56,778 bases of DNA from a virus (taxonomy: Duplodnaviria; Caudoviricetes). Every line of letters begins with the position of its first letter. Positions within the stretch are counted from its first letter, which is position 1. The notes below the pieces were generated by a model. It saw only the letters and a list, made by a program, of their open reading frames with translations, did no database searches and was not told where the DNA came from. The DNA lies in the IMG/VR virus record IMGVR_UViG_3300025892_000024, positions 1 to 56,778 of that record. The stretch is one strand, 5' to 3'. The translations under genes were made by a program, and so were the position numbers. Below, piece after piece: positions 1 through 10,768 of this stretch.

Positions 1-1
1 T

Positions 2-211
2 CCAAACTCAAGGGGGCACTTACAACCAACATCGGGTCACGTGGGTTTTACGACAGGCTACGGTGAGGCTACGAATATTGGTAAAGCGATATTGGTGGCA
101 GCATCAGTCGCAACAGCATTTTCAACACCTTCTAACATTGTTGTAAAGGGGATTACAGGGGCACTAATGTTCTACGGGCTATCTGTTGCATATGAAAACA
201 TAAAGGGCTGA
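2..211 (+). CDS. 5'-truncated membrane protein with two C-terminal hydrophobic segments
   Basis: Own translation of frame 2: ...GEATNIGKAILVAASVATAFSTPSNIVVKGITGALMFYGLSVAYENIKG*; stop lies 4 nt before the next ATG. Confidence 0.6.
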   Translation, partial: PNSRGHLQPTSGHVGFTTGYGEATNIGKAILVAASVATAFSTPSNIVVKGITGALMFYGLSVAYENIKG

Positions 212-215
212 TAAT

Positions 216-1778
216 ATGAAAAAAAGTAATGAAGCAACTGGTATGATTATAGAGTTTCCAGATTCAATGAATTACAAGACTAAATTCCCTTACCCTGGTT
301 TTTGGACAGGCGTTTACCCAGGATTATTAACTGCAGTCGTCGAGCATACCAAACTAAGCAGACAACCAAAAGCAGTTGTTTCGGATGCTTTGAACAGATC
401 CATACAAATACTAAACGGAGAATATTCAATTTTCTTAGCAGAAAAAATGTGGAAAATAGGGGAATTGCTAAACCTTAACTCAAACTTACCAGTTCAAGGT
501 AAAATAGGTTCAGCATTAGATTACATCAAAGACAGTCCAGATGGCGGAAGAATGGAAATCGCCGCTAAAGTGTTTGAACCTGCTTTGATGCATATGATTA
601 ATCAAAACTCTGGTGCATCAAACTCTGAAATGAATCTTAACCAATTTTCTAATGAATTGAGCCAGTTGAGGAATCAGCAAATAAGATTGAACACAAGCTT
701 GGCTCAAATAGAAGCTGCTACTCCAAGAGAAATAGAAGTGATAGAAAAAGAAAGGGAATGCCAATCTCGCTCCCGAAGAGTTGAAATTTTAGCTACCGAA
801 CTTAATCAATTACAAACAACAATAACCGCTTTGCAGGCAAGTGACGCAGAGCTAAAATCAATGGAACGTGAATTGAGGCAATTGAATGGGGAAAGAAAAA
901 TGTTAGAAGCTAACATGTCCTCAAACAACGCTCAAAGATATGCGAATGTAAAGCAAAGAATCGAAAACATAGGACAAGTTCTTACAAAAAGCAACCTAAA
1001 TGCTGGAGTAATTCGAGATTATCAAAATTTGATTGCATACAAACAAAGTGAGTATAATCAAGAGTCTCAAGGCTACAACAAATGTGTTCAAGATGCACTA
1101 CAGATGAGAAACGCCTACACAAACGGCGTGAAAGAAGGCCAAGCAATATGGTTCCAAATAAAAACTAATACTGCACAAATAGAAGCCGCAAGCAAGTCAG
1201 TATCAAATGCACAAAATAGTTTGTCAATGTTCTCTACTGACGACACAAGAAACTTAGTAAAGGTATGGACGGCACATCTATCGGCAAGCACATCTGAAAT
1301 CGAAGGCGGATTGTTTACATCTAAATATCAAGCAACAGTAGCGGTAAGTGGAATGCCCCAAGCAATGTTAGCAGAATCTCTACCAATAGATCCAAGCGTC
1401 ATCCGAGACTTCGAAGACTACAATACGGCATTGACAGACATTTCAGATGACATTTCAGATGAAGAGTATGACTTATTGGATGAAATAGGCAGATTAGGTC
1501 TTGCTATGTCCTATGTGCCAGGTCCGGCAAGACTCACTGCAATTAAGGGTATGAGGAAGAGAAACAGATTCCTTGGATACCGCAACTTAATTGAAGAAAT
1601 ATTATCACAAGGGCAGAAACTAGACACCAGAACCCAAATGGAACTACTCAACTTGGGCATTGGTCCAGCAGATGTTCAAATCGGAATTCAAACAACAGAT
1701 GAATTGATGGAAATGAGAGAGCTGATTAGGCACTTAGCCGATTCACGCTTGAACTTCAAATACGGGGGTGCAAATTAA
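216..1778 (+). CDS. Long coiled-coil protein (520 aa), putative virion/internal protein
   Basis: Heptad-like Q/E/L-rich stretch at about aa 140-340; TAATG overlap with the next gene. Confidence 0.85.
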   Translation: MKKSNEATGMIIEFPDSMNYKTKFPYPGFWTGVYPGLLTAVVEHTKLSRQPKAVVSDALNRSIQILNGEYSIFLAEKMWKIGELLNLNSNLPVQGKIGSALDYIKDSPDGGRMEIAAKVFEPALMHMINQNSGASNSEMNLNQFSNELSQLRNQQIRLNTSLAQIEAATPREIEVIEKERECQSRSRRVEILATELNQLQTTITALQASDAELKSMERELRQLNGERKMLEANMSSNNAQRYANVKQRIENIGQVLTKSNLNAGVIRDYQNLIAYKQSEYNQESQGYNKCVQDALQMRNAYTNGVKEGQAIWFQIKTNTAQIEAASKSVSNAQNSLSMFSTDDTRNLVKVWTAHLSASTSEIEGGLFTSKYQATVAVSGMPQAMLAESLPIDPSVIRDFEDYNTALTDISDDISDEEYDLLDEIGRLGLAMSYVPGPARLTAIKGMRKRNRFLGYRNLIEEILSQGQKLDTRTQMELLNLGIGPADVQIGIQTTDELMEMRELIRHLADSRLNFKYGGAN

Positions 1779-4726
1779 TGCGAGCAGGTCTAACTATAAC
1801 GAACAGAGAAGTAAAACGAGTTGAAAAATCCTTAAATGCCTTAGAAAAAAGGTATGCGAAAGGTAAAGTCCCGCAAGAAACATACACTATGGAGAAGGGC
1901 AGACTTCTTTCAGAACTAAACAGACCGAGGGCTGAAAGAAGCAATTTGTCACGTAATCCTAAAGCATGGTGGAAGAGAAATGAAGTGAATTTATCAGCCG
2001 CACCGGTTGGTTATTGGAATCATCACAGTCGGAATACAGTCGGCCATCGAAGGCCATTGGTTAACCAAAACAAAATTCGAGCAGCATTGATTAGTGATTG
2101 TGGAGATGGTTATTGGAACAGTAATGACTTCCAACAAGCAATAAGGGTCTCTGCAAATAATTCTAATGAAATCAAACAAAATGAAGCATTTGACCGCAGT
2201 TTTTTCGAAGAGACCGTAATGGCAAGCTATGTTTTAGGTAAAACAGAATCTCAAAACCTTTGGAATGAAATATCTAACTCACCACAAGTTGTTAGAGCAC
2301 TTGAAAACTTATCAAAGACAATCGACAAAACTGTGAAAAATATGATGAAAAATGGGGTATCTGAAAGCAACGCCATTCAAGCGGTACGAAACCAAGCCGT
2401 TACAAGTGGTAAAGCCATCACTTCCGCAGGGTACAATCCAGAAGATGCCGCACAACTCATCAAAATGGTTGCGTGCGGTCAAATGTCAGTCCAACAAGCG
2501 AAAAATAGCGTAGCTTTAGACATCAACAACACAAGTCACGCAGTAGCAAACGCTCCAGCAGTACCATTTAGAAACAATTTCGACCCATACGCAATGACTC
2601 CAGTAGGTAGGCCACGTAGAGGCGATCCATCGCTGAAAACATGGCAAAACAACTACAACCCGTATAACATGACTCCAACCGGCGTTTCCCTTGAAGCTCT
2701 AATGCAGAGTGCTAATCAATTACAGCAACAATTCGACTTAGAGAATAATCCTACTGCAAGAAATGAAATATCCTTTGCTTTGAACAACTTACAACAGGAA
2801 ATTAATCGCCGTCAAGAAGCATTGGATGAAACTCCTACATTCGAGACTATGACTACAATAGATGTGCCGAGCCAAGGAAGGGGATACAATCCTACCAAGA
2901 ACTACAGGGCACCTAATTCGACTATGCAACAAACAGTAAGGGCTATGGCAAATGGGCCATCTATTGCGACAGTAGTAAAAGATATCTTCACAGTTCAAGC
3001 CAATGTGTACTTCGACTGGATGAGTGGTTCTAGCATCGAATTCCTAGATAATGGGACATACAAGAGTGCCGACAGGAATTCAAACCCTGTAGCAGTATTC
3101 CCAAAGGGTGAGTGGACAATATTCGCCCAATCGAAGTCTAGCTTACCAACAATGAAGCAAATAAAACAAGCAATAACATACGCACTATCTTCTCCACTTT
3201 GGGCTCCAGCAGACAGGGCATACCTAGAATATCTGTCGGGTCTTACCAATTCAAAGGTTAATGAATTGGAAGCAATTGTTAACGATGTACTTCCAGTCGT
3301 GAATCAAATAAACAATTCCAACAACAATGCTATCGCAAATGTAATAAATAATTCTAACAATGCCGAACAAGTAGTGAATGAGATTGCTAACTACAAGGAA
3401 AAGTTAGACCAAATGACGACCTCGGAAGTAAGGCAACACATGTTTGAGAGGATCTATAAAATAATCAATACATTAGCTCCAATGATTCCAGTAACAGAAT
3501 TAGAATACCGCATACAAACTCCAGGCGCATTATTTGACACATACATGAGATTTGTTTCAGAACAAGAATTCGCCATGGATACAGCATTGTCTCTGCATGT
3601 GGAAGAATTGTACGGAACATTAGACACAACTCAATTAATTTCTATTGCAATTGATTTCGCCCAACAATACGGTAATAAACTAAACAGCGTTGCACAAAGG
3701 CATCTCAGGCATCTTGCAGATAGCGGATTTATGTTGCAGTTTGCTCAAAACGCCCCCTCGAAAGAGGAATACTTCATGATGGTAAAATTATTTGAAATAT
3801 TGACTAATGGTTACTTCGCAGTGATGGAAGAACTAAACTCAGTTAACAATTCCTTTAACAATAATGGAACCATGCCAAACAACTTAGTGCCCAACAACAA
3901 CAACAATCATGTTGGCAACGGCTTGCCGAATAACTTAGTCCGTAATAACGCATTACCTAACAACGTGATTAATAACATGCCACCTAACAACGGTGCACCA
4001 ATGCCACCTAACAACGGTGCACCAATGCCACCTAACAACATGCCTAACATGCCACCTAACAACGGGGCACGACCAATGCCACCTAACAACGGGGCACGAC
4101 CAATGCCACCTAACAACATGCCTAACATGCCACCTAACAACGGTGCACCAATGCCACCTAACAACATGCCTAACATGCCACCTAACAACGGTGCACCAAT
4201 GCCACCTAACAAAAACATACCGAACAATAATTTATTCATTGAACACAAACATTGGTCGGCAGATGGAAATACCGTCGTTTATGCAAAGAATTCAGAAATG
4301 AACAAGTCATTGCACAACAAAGGGTATGCTCATAATAGGATGGCTAACAATCCAAGAAACAATCCTCCGGAAAATAATTCGCCAAAGCCAACTCCCTTCC
4401 CAGGAAGACCAGCGCCCCCGACTAGGCCTGTGATGCCCGGCAGTGGCGGCAACAGCGGCCTTGTGCCAATATCGCCAAACGGCGGAGGCGGTTTTTCTTT
4501 TAGACCTGGATTCGGAATGTCGGTATCAACAACAACTTCTACTTCCTCATCTCACCCTAACAACATGCCGGCAAGCGTTCTTGCTACAAGCAGGGCAACA
4601 AATAAATTGAGTCAAAGCTTCCTAAGAGGGACATTGGGGCTATCGACATCAACAAGCACCTCCAGTTCTTCGAGCCACCCGAGACATTTGCCAAACGATC
4701 CAAGGACAACATTCAGAACTTATTGA
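1778..4726 (+). CDS. Asn/Pro-rich protein (982 aa) with PPNN repeats and low-complexity C-terminus
   Basis: Long ORF; GGGGGTG SD upstream; internal duplications (NNFDPYAMTPVG/NNYNPYNMTPTG; STTTSTSSSHP/STSTSTSSSSSHP). Confidence 0.85.
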   Translation: MRAGLTITNREVKRVEKSLNALEKRYAKGKVPQETYTMEKGRLLSELNRPRAERSNLSRNPKAWWKRNEVNLSAAPVGYWNHHSRNTVGHRRPLVNQNKIRAALISDCGDGYWNSNDFQQAIRVSANNSNEIKQNEAFDRSFFEETVMASYVLGKTESQNLWNEISNSPQVVRALENLSKTIDKTVKNMMKNGVSESNAIQAVRNQAVTSGKAITSAGYNPEDAAQLIKMVACGQMSVQQAKNSVALDINNTSHAVANAPAVPFRNNFDPYAMTPVGRPRRGDPSLKTWQNNYNPYNMTPTGVSLEALMQSANQLQQQFDLENNPTARNEISFALNNLQQEINRRQEALDETPTFETMTTIDVPSQGRGYNPTKNYRAPNSTMQQTVRAMANGPSIATVVKDIFTVQANVYFDWMSGSSIEFLDNGTYKSADRNSNPVAVFPKGEWTIFAQSKSSLPTMKQIKQAITYALSSPLWAPADRAYLEYLSGLTNSKVNELEAIVNDVLPVVNQINNSNNNAIANVINNSNNAEQVVNEIANYKEKLDQMTTSEVRQHMFERIYKIINTLAPMIPVTELEYRIQTPGALFDTYMRFVSEQEFAMDTALSLHVEELYGTLDTTQLISIAIDFAQQYGNKLNSVAQRHLRHLADSGFMLQFAQNAPSKEEYFMMVKLFEILTNGYFAVMEELNSVNNSFNNNGTMPNNLVPNNNNNHVGNGLPNNLVRNNALPNNVINNMPPNNGAPMPPNNGAPMPPNNMPNMPPNNGARPMPPNNGARPMPPNNMPNMPPNNGAPMPPNNMPNMPPNNGAPMPPNKNIPNNNLFIEHKHWSADGNTVVYAKNSEMNKSLHNKGYAHNRMANNPRNNPPENNSPKPTPFPGRPAPPTRPVMPGSGGNSGLVPISPNGGGGFSFRPGFGMSVSTTTSTSSSHPNNMPASVLATSRATNKLSQSFLRGTLGLSTSTSTSSSSSHPRHLPNDPRTTFRTY
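3977..4210 (+). repeat. Coding tandem repeat (ATGCCACCTAACAAC-based units) encoding MPPNNGA(R)P / MPPNNMPN
   Basis: Near-identical 24-27 nt units are visible directly in the sequence. Confidence 0.95.
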
Positions 4727-4731
4727 GGTGA
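4725..4731 (+). promoter_or_regulatory. Archaeal-type Shine-Dalgarno GAGGTGA; same or near-identical core at 18191, 18584, 18814, 39601, 42719 and 43382, and on the minus strand before 36709, 54089 and 54762
   Basis: GAGGTGA/AGGTGA/GGTGA a few nt upstream of start codons; complementary to the 16S 3' end AUCACCUC. Confidence 0.85.
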
Positions 4732-4735
4732 TTAA

Positions 4736-7700
4736 GTGCCAATGATGAACTCAAAAACCTACTATGGGGGCTTATTGGGCCGTTCCGTGGGCGATTCACT
4801 TTCTGAATCTACACTTGCTAAATCAAGTGGAAGAGTGTCTTTATTCGAAACAGAGTCTCCATCGGGGACTAATTATGTTGTTGTGTTGGATTATGGGGAA
4901 GTCGATGCAACTTTGTTATTTCCAACTCCAAACAATCCGTCGAAATCAGGAGATGCTGAATTTACTAAGTCAGCTCCGGAGGCATTCGCTCAATTTGACG
5001 AAATGGTTGCCACTTATGGGGGAATCTCGACAGATTCTAGCGGAATTGCAGGTGTAGGTTCTTTCGAGGAATTAGATACACTTATGCTATCTCTGCCGGA
5101 ATTGCCGGAAGATATTGTAATTGAACTACAAAGAAACGGAACAGCCAATACGGGGAGACCTAAGCATGTATTAGACTTGAAATTCAGTAGTGGCTTTCTG
5201 TCTTCAATAGTTGGTCGTCCAAAGAAAGGCTTGAGAATGGCAAGGCTGTACTATGAATCATATCCGTTAGAATCCAGAATTCGTTGTTTGAAAGATATCC
5301 GTCCATCGGTGCTTCAAAATTACATGTCCGGTGAATTACTTTCATCGGTCATTATGACAAACAGGGAAAAAAGAAGCATGTATCTTGCTGTAAGAGACAC
5401 GGAACGCTTCAAAGAAATGAGTATGCCGCAAGCACTAGACAGCTTACAAACCGTTGATGCAAAACCCTCGGCAGCAATAGCGGTCAGGTTCATAGACCAA
5501 AACGGAAAATTGATTGACGGCTTGCCATATGAAATTTCTTGTAGAGGTCCAATTAATTTCCTAGAGGCCGCAACCAAAACAAACTTCGGCTCAGAGCCAG
5601 GGAACTTTTCATCGGGGAGGACTCTTATCGAAACAGGTATGTCTGGAATGGCGCACGATTCAAGTCAAGCATTATCGGGAGCCTTGATTCCTAATTGGGC
5701 GGGTAGATCTCTAAGTCCTGAATTATACTATCATCCTTTGTACAAATACCGTTCATCGGGTGGCGAAGGTATGCCGCCAGGTTCTATGAAAATATCTATT
5801 ACTACTCCAAGAAATGTCAATTCGATGGAAGATTGGGGCAACAATAGACTATTTATTTATTCCACTCCGACTGACAATACAGAAAGAAGAGAAGGAGCCC
5901 CAGTTAAAGCTGACCCGAAGACATTACTATATTCGCACAACTATAGGCTTGAAAAAGGAGGGGTAGCAGAAAGAATCACAATTACAATTCCTGTATTCTT
6001 GGAGCCTTTACCCATGCATTTGATTGAAATGCCTCCAGGTTCCGGAAGAATAGTTTCGCTTTGGTCTGTTACTCAGGACATGGGGGCGATACCGTCTCAT
6101 CAAAAAATAAACATGCAATTCAAGGTTCTAAGGCCGAAAGCATCTGATTCTTGGGAACAAGCAGACAAAATGTTGCCGGATACAAGAGAGGGGTATGACG
6201 ATAAAACTCTACAGTATGAAGAATTTAAGAGTCCCGAAGGAAGAAAGGCATACAGGGAAGGCATATCGGAGGCTACGCCAGTTGAAGGAGTCAAATTCGC
6301 ATTGATTCCTAACGAAAACAATTCATGGGTTTCGTCTAAGAATATTGTAATCCTTTCACCAGACTATAACGGAATTATGTCAGCAGAGATAACTCCAGGA
6401 ACATATATGCTGAAAATGTTAAAACAAATCAATGCAGACGGGACATCAGCATTGAAACACATCGGAGATCCAAGCGACCCCGAATACAAACTTTCCACAA
6501 GATACGACCAACTTTCCCCAATGATGCAAAGTTCAATTGCACAAAAATATCCGGAAATGCAAATCGCAAGAAGCACAATGTTCGCACCAGAAACCATAGA
6601 AATTGGTGCGATTGAAGCGCCAGCAGGGTTCTTTTATAGAAAAACCACTGAACAAGACACTACCCCTGTCGGTATTGTAGGGGCAAGGATATCTCGAAGT
6701 GGTTCACTTAGCGATTTGAATAGCTCCGGACTAAGAAACTTTAGACTGCAACAAAACATTCCCCCGTTACTTTCAGGTAAAGAACCCGAAGCCGGAAGCA
6801 TATACGACTTGATGGGAATTGAGTTTCCCACAATAGATGCAGGCTGGCCTTCTGGAGAAACAGACAATACCGACGATAGATTCTTTGATACAATGACTAT
6901 ATTCCTTGCTCAAGATTCAATTGTTGATTTGTCTATGCTACAATCCTTTGAACAAAGATATGAGGCTGAAAGAGACACAGGCTCAAATATGATTACAAGG
7001 CTAGTACCGCCTAAAATCGGGGAAGCAATTGAATACAATGGCTACATAATTGAGCATTTGATGTTTGATACTTCCGTTGGCCCTGATTTGTTAGACCAAA
7101 AATCAGCATTTACGGGCGGAATACATGAATACAACATGGGCAAAATTACTTCTCCATTCTATGATGTAGGGGTTATTAGGTGCATGGTATTCTATCCTAA
7201 AAGCGGAGTTATGAGGCGAAAAATGGTTGTTACAGAAAATGAAAACCTCAAAGTAAACCCTAACTTAATGACTGCTGCAATATACGCATCTGGAGGGTGG
7301 AATACTTTGACTGAGCAAAAGACAAGGATATACCATTTCGAGGTGAAATCTTCTCCAGAAGGTGCAGTATTATCGGGGCGCTGGGTTCCATTAGAGACTA
7401 TAGGGGAATATGCAATGGGCATCACTCCAGAAAGCGTTGCATTCGAGCGCATCATTGACTCTATCAAGAAGGGGGGCATGCCAATACGTGAATCTCCTAA
7501 ATGGAATCAATTTTGGAGCGTTACTGCAGACGCATGGATATATGACGCAGCATCTGTGGTTGTGACAGGTCAAGGTGATGCACCGACCTTAGATGCTAAT
7601 AGCGTCAGCCCGTTTGCAGAGTTATGGGCATCAGCAAGTCAAACTTCATATGACAGGTTTGCAGGTTCAATAGGTAAGATGGAAAATGAGTTAGGGGAAG

Positions 7701-7774
7701 TTATGGACATACTTTCTGCCCCTAATCCCGATTATGGCGATTTAGATGATGATTTAGGATTCGTGGAGGGCTAA
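4736..7774 (+). CDS. Large hypothetical protein (1012 aa)
   Basis: Long ORF, GTG start with GAGGTGA SD; no recognised motif. Confidence 0.85.
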   Translation: MPMMNSKTYYGGLLGRSVGDSLSESTLAKSSGRVSLFETESPSGTNYVVVLDYGEVDATLLFPTPNNPSKSGDAEFTKSAPEAFAQFDEMVATYGGISTDSSGIAGVGSFEELDTLMLSLPELPEDIVIELQRNGTANTGRPKHVLDLKFSSGFLSSIVGRPKKGLRMARLYYESYPLESRIRCLKDIRPSVLQNYMSGELLSSVIMTNREKRSMYLAVRDTERFKEMSMPQALDSLQTVDAKPSAAIAVRFIDQNGKLIDGLPYEISCRGPINFLEAATKTNFGSEPGNFSSGRTLIETGMSGMAHDSSQALSGALIPNWAGRSLSPELYYHPLYKYRSSGGEGMPPGSMKISITTPRNVNSMEDWGNNRLFIYSTPTDNTERREGAPVKADPKTLLYSHNYRLEKGGVAERITITIPVFLEPLPMHLIEMPPGSGRIVSLWSVTQDMGAIPSHQKINMQFKVLRPKASDSWEQADKMLPDTREGYDDKTLQYEEFKSPEGRKAYREGISEATPVEGVKFALIPNENNSWVSSKNIVILSPDYNGIMSAEITPGTYMLKMLKQINADGTSALKHIGDPSDPEYKLSTRYDQLSPMMQSSIAQKYPEMQIARSTMFAPETIEIGAIEAPAGFFYRKTTEQDTTPVGIVGARISRSGSLSDLNSSGLRNFRLQQNIPPLLSGKEPEAGSIYDLMGIEFPTIDAGWPSGETDNTDDRFFDTMTIFLAQDSIVDLSMLQSFEQRYEAERDTGSNMITRLVPPKIGEAIEYNGYIIEHLMFDTSVGPDLLDQKSAFTGGIHEYNMGKITSPFYDVGVIRCMVFYPKSGVMRRKMVVTENENLKVNPNLMTAAIYASGGWNTLTEQKTRIYHFEVKSSPEGAVLSGRWVPLETIGEYAMGITPESVAFERIIDSIKKGGMPIRESPKWNQFWSVTADAWIYDAASVVVTGQGDAPTLDANSVSPFAELWASASQTSYDRFAGSIGKMENELGEVMDILSAPNPDYGDLDDDLGFVEG

Positions 7775-7777
7775 TAG

Positions 7778-8107
7778 ATGGTAAAGACACGAACTGGCAA
7801 AAAGAAATCCCGAATTGAGCGAGGAATAAATGTTTTGACTAGCGATAGGAAAACCACTCAAACCAAAGTAGCCTTCCTTAGCAACATAGCTTTAGCAGGG
7901 CTTTCTACCGCAGGTATTGGTACAACTATTGGCTTATTGTTAAAAGACAACAATAACACATTACAAGAAATAGCAGCCTTCGGATTATTTTCAATACTGG
8001 CATTCGGTCAGTATTCTGAAATTAATTTCAAAACCGGAAAGAACTATTATTGGTTATATGACCCAGGTTCTCCCGGTGATTTACGAAAAAGGGGGGTATC
8101 AAATTGA
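7778..8107 (+). CDS. Small membrane protein (basic N-terminus, 2 TM)
   Basis: GGAGG SD; two hydrophobic segments. Confidence 0.75.
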   Translation: MVKTRTGKKKSRIERGINVLTSDRKTTQTKVAFLSNIALAGLSTAGIGTTIGLLLKDNNNTLQEIAAFGLFSILAFGQYSEINFKTGKNYYWLYDPGSPGDLRKRGVSN

Positions 8108-8871
8108 ATAGAAATTTAGCAGGTGTCACGCTACCAAACGAATACCAACTAGCGTTGAGGGAATGGACATTAGAAAGTAAGCAACGGAAAAAAGCAATCG
8201 AAGAAAATCCAGATGACCTTTCACTTCCTTCTCCAAGAGGATTCTATGCTTACTCTTTAGATCCAAGGGGGGACGGTGCCCCAACTTCTGTAGACTCGGC
8301 TAACACTGGCAAACTTGATGGCAATAGCGACTTAAACTCGGATGCATTAGTACTTGAAAATTGGTGGACTCAAGAAGAAGCAGGCAGAAATGAAAGAATG
8401 ATTCAGCAGTATTTATTGATGAAAAGAGATGACATAGCACAAGCAGAGGGTTTTGTCAACAAGGCAGTAGCAACAGTAGACTATTCGCTTGAAACTATTA
8501 GTCCAGATGCTTATGTCAAAACTGCTATGTCAGATTATGTGCCTAATCCTTTCAATGTTTTCATGGACGGTGATGGAAACAGAACCGACCCAGCCGACAC
8601 AGAAAACTTTTGGAAGCGAACGGGTCAAGTCGCAGGCCAAGGCCTGTTAGGTTATGCTTTGATGGGTGTAGCCGTTTTTGGTGTTGCCAAATTTTCACCA
8701 TTTTTTGTTGAAAGGGGCATGGAAGTTGTCGAAACCATGGTTGTAGGTACTTTTGAAATTGTGGGTTCTGCTATAACACAGGTCCGTGGAATCTTGAAAG
8801 CCCCGTTTATGAAGTCCGAAGAAGAGTTAGAACAATTCAATAAAAGTAGACGGATTAGGAGAAGTGGTTAA
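8104..8871 (+). CDS. Membrane-anchored hypothetical protein (255 aa)
   Basis: TTGA overlap with GGGGGT SD; C-terminal TM/amphipathic region resembling that of 9998..10768. Confidence 0.8.
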   Translation: MNRNLAGVTLPNEYQLALREWTLESKQRKKAIEENPDDLSLPSPRGFYAYSLDPRGDGAPTSVDSANTGKLDGNSDLNSDALVLENWWTQEEAGRNERMIQQYLLMKRDDIAQAEGFVNKAVATVDYSLETISPDAYVKTAMSDYVPNPFNVFMDGDGNRTDPADTENFWKRTGQVAGQGLLGYALMGVAVFGVAKFSPFFVERGMEVVETMVVGTFEIVGSAITQVRGILKAPFMKSEEELEQFNKSRRIRRSG

Positions 8872-9546
8872 ATGGCAAACGATATATTTGAAAAATTTAC
8901 AGTAGGCGGACTTGGAAACGGTAATGGTCGAGGTGCATCTTTGATGTGTTTTAGCGGGCAAATTTTGCTGACAAATCCATCCGTTGCTGCCTCACAAGCG
9001 GGACAAACCCCTCCTCGGTGGCATGTTTCTCCAGACGGTGTAATTACCTCGACTAATGCAGATGCAGAAGCTTTAGTTATGACGCATGGTTCCGGAGTAG
9101 TAGAGCTTAGATTTATCGACCTCGATGGTACGGGAACTGATGCGGAAGGTTCAGTTGGACAACTAAGTTTTTACCTAGGTTCAACAACAGACCCCGATGA
9201 CTATTTTACAGAAAACAATGCCACAACCAGGAGGTCTGTGGCGGATTCTGGACACGCACACGTAATCGGCGCTTGGGCGATTGGAGGGTTCGATATCGGC
9301 GGCACAACTTATGACGGAACGGTTAATGCGGCGGTAGACATGATAGCGCCTATGGGTCTAGATATAATGGATTCCAACAAAATAACATTTAATATCGGAG
9401 CACCGTATGAACAAGAAGGCGGTACACAAATTCCGATTCAGCATACGCCAACACTGCTAAAGTTTTCAGTAATTGTACTTACGGCATCCGATGGGATAAT
9501 TTCAACAGACTTATGGAGGGGAAGACATCTTACAAAATCGGATTAA
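8872..9546 (+). CDS. Beta-rich putative virion protein, PYExEGG paralog family (copy 1 of 4)
   Basis: FTVGGL N-terminus, VSPDGVIT, IGAPYEQEGGTQI; shared with 39614, 40520 and 43395. Confidence 0.8.
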   Translation: MANDIFEKFTVGGLGNGNGRGASLMCFSGQILLTNPSVAASQAGQTPPRWHVSPDGVITSTNADAEALVMTHGSGVVELRFIDLDGTGTDAEGSVGQLSFYLGSTTDPDDYFTENNATTRRSVADSGHAHVIGAWAIGGFDIGGTTYDGTVNAAVDMIAPMGLDIMDSNKITFNIGAPYEQEGGTQIPIQHTPTLLKFSVIVLTASDGIISTDLWRGRHLTKSD

Positions 9547-9556
9547 TCCTAATTAC

Positions 9557-9991
9557 ATGGTGAAATACGATCTTAACAGATTGCAAACTAATACTGCAAG
9601 GATGCAACAAGCAATGCCGAGAGGCCCATCCTTGCCGGAATGGGCGAAAAGCAAACTGACCCAAGCCCGTTCTCACATAGCAAATGTAGCTAATTATCAA
9701 CAATCTAAACTAGGTTACACGTTTGGGGCTACTTCAACTCAAACTGCAGCATTAGCAACATTGGCAGTCGGAATATTAGGAACTGTTGCACTTAATAAAG
9801 GTAGTAAAAACAAAAAATTAGGAAAAATTCTCCAGCAAGGCGGAGCCTTGACAGGAGTTGTAGTAGCATCTGTGGGAGGCAGTGTATTTTCATCTGGTCT
9901 AAACGACGCATCAGTTCCAAAAGGAGTGCTAGGGGCAATCTTAATCGCTGTGGGCGGCAACTTTGTCATGAAATCTGCTGGTAAGTGGTGA
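9557..9991 (+). CDS. Small membrane protein with LPEWAKSKLTQA module, KLGY motif and 3 hydrophobic segments
   Basis: Translation; hydrophobic C-terminal half. Confidence 0.8.
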   Translation: MVKYDLNRLQTNTARMQQAMPRGPSLPEWAKSKLTQARSHIANVANYQQSKLGYTFGATSTQTAALATLAVGILGTVALNKGSKNKKLGKILQQGGALTGVVVASVGGSVFSSGLNDASVPKGVLGAILIAVGGNFVMKSAGKW

Positions 9992-9997
9992 TGGTAC

Positions 9998-10768
9998 TTG
10001 ACAACGCCTCCGCTTTTTGATTTAAGCAAGGCAACGGGCGTGTTCAACTCTATTCAGCCGAAAGCAGGTCGAGCAAGCAGTCCTAACGAAATAGCAAATC
10101 AAATCGGGCGAAAAACAGATCTTCTTATTCCAGATGCATTGGCGACTCCAAGCGAGTTTTCAGGGAAAATTAAAGACCTTATGGATTTTAGAGAATTAGA
10201 TGAATACAAGACCGTAGGAAGCGACAATATCAAGCAAACAGTTACACTCTTCCCTACTAGTAATCCAAATGCTAGGCAAGCACCGATTAACCCACAAGCC
10301 ATTGGAATGAACTTAGCAACTGGCGATCTACCTCTGACTGCAGGTAATATCGTCATCAATGAAGATGAGGAAATGCCCATCCCTGCGCCATTTTCGTTAT
10401 ATTATCCAACAGTGGCTTGGCCGTTTATGACTGATGAGGGAAAAAGATACACTGTTGTTGACCTTGGAAATGAACCAATATCTTTCCCAGGACAAGATTT
10501 CATAGGCTGGTTGATGGGAAGAAAATTAGACAGGGTTGCTGCACTACCAGGGTTTCGAGGTTGGGGTGATCCACTTTTGGGAGTGGGCGCAGTAGCGCCA
10601 GTTGCTATTGCAGCAATCCCCGTATTCATACTTGCCCCTTATTGGGGGCCTTCCCTAATTCGCACCGGCGTTAAGCTTGGTACAACAATTATGGCTAGTA
10701 GCTTGGAATTTGTAGCGGCTGTCGGAAGTGCAGCGAAAGACTTGACGAAAACTATCGTAAAGAGCTAG
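9998..10768 (+). CDS. Membrane-anchored hypothetical protein (256 aa)
   Basis: TTG start after GGTGA; C-terminal TM plus amphipathic helix. Confidence 0.8.
   Translation: MTTPPLFDLSKATGVFNSIQPKAGRASSPNEIANQIGRKTDLLIPDALATPSEFSGKIKDLMDFRELDEYKTVGSDNIKQTVTLFPTSNPNARQAPINPQAIGMNLATGDLPLTAGNIVINEDEEMPIPAPFSLYYPTVAWPFMTDEGKRYTVVDLGNEPISFPGQDFIGWLMGRKLDRVAALPGFRGWGDPLLGVGAVAPVAIAAIPVFILAPYWGPSLIRTGVKLGTTIMASSLEFVAAVGSAAKDLTKTIVKS

Noticed and set aside
3907-4301. ORFs 3907..4248 (-) and 3993..4301 (+, CHLTT repeats)
   Set aside because: Shadow frames of the coding tandem repeat in ORF 1778..4726; no SD and fully nested
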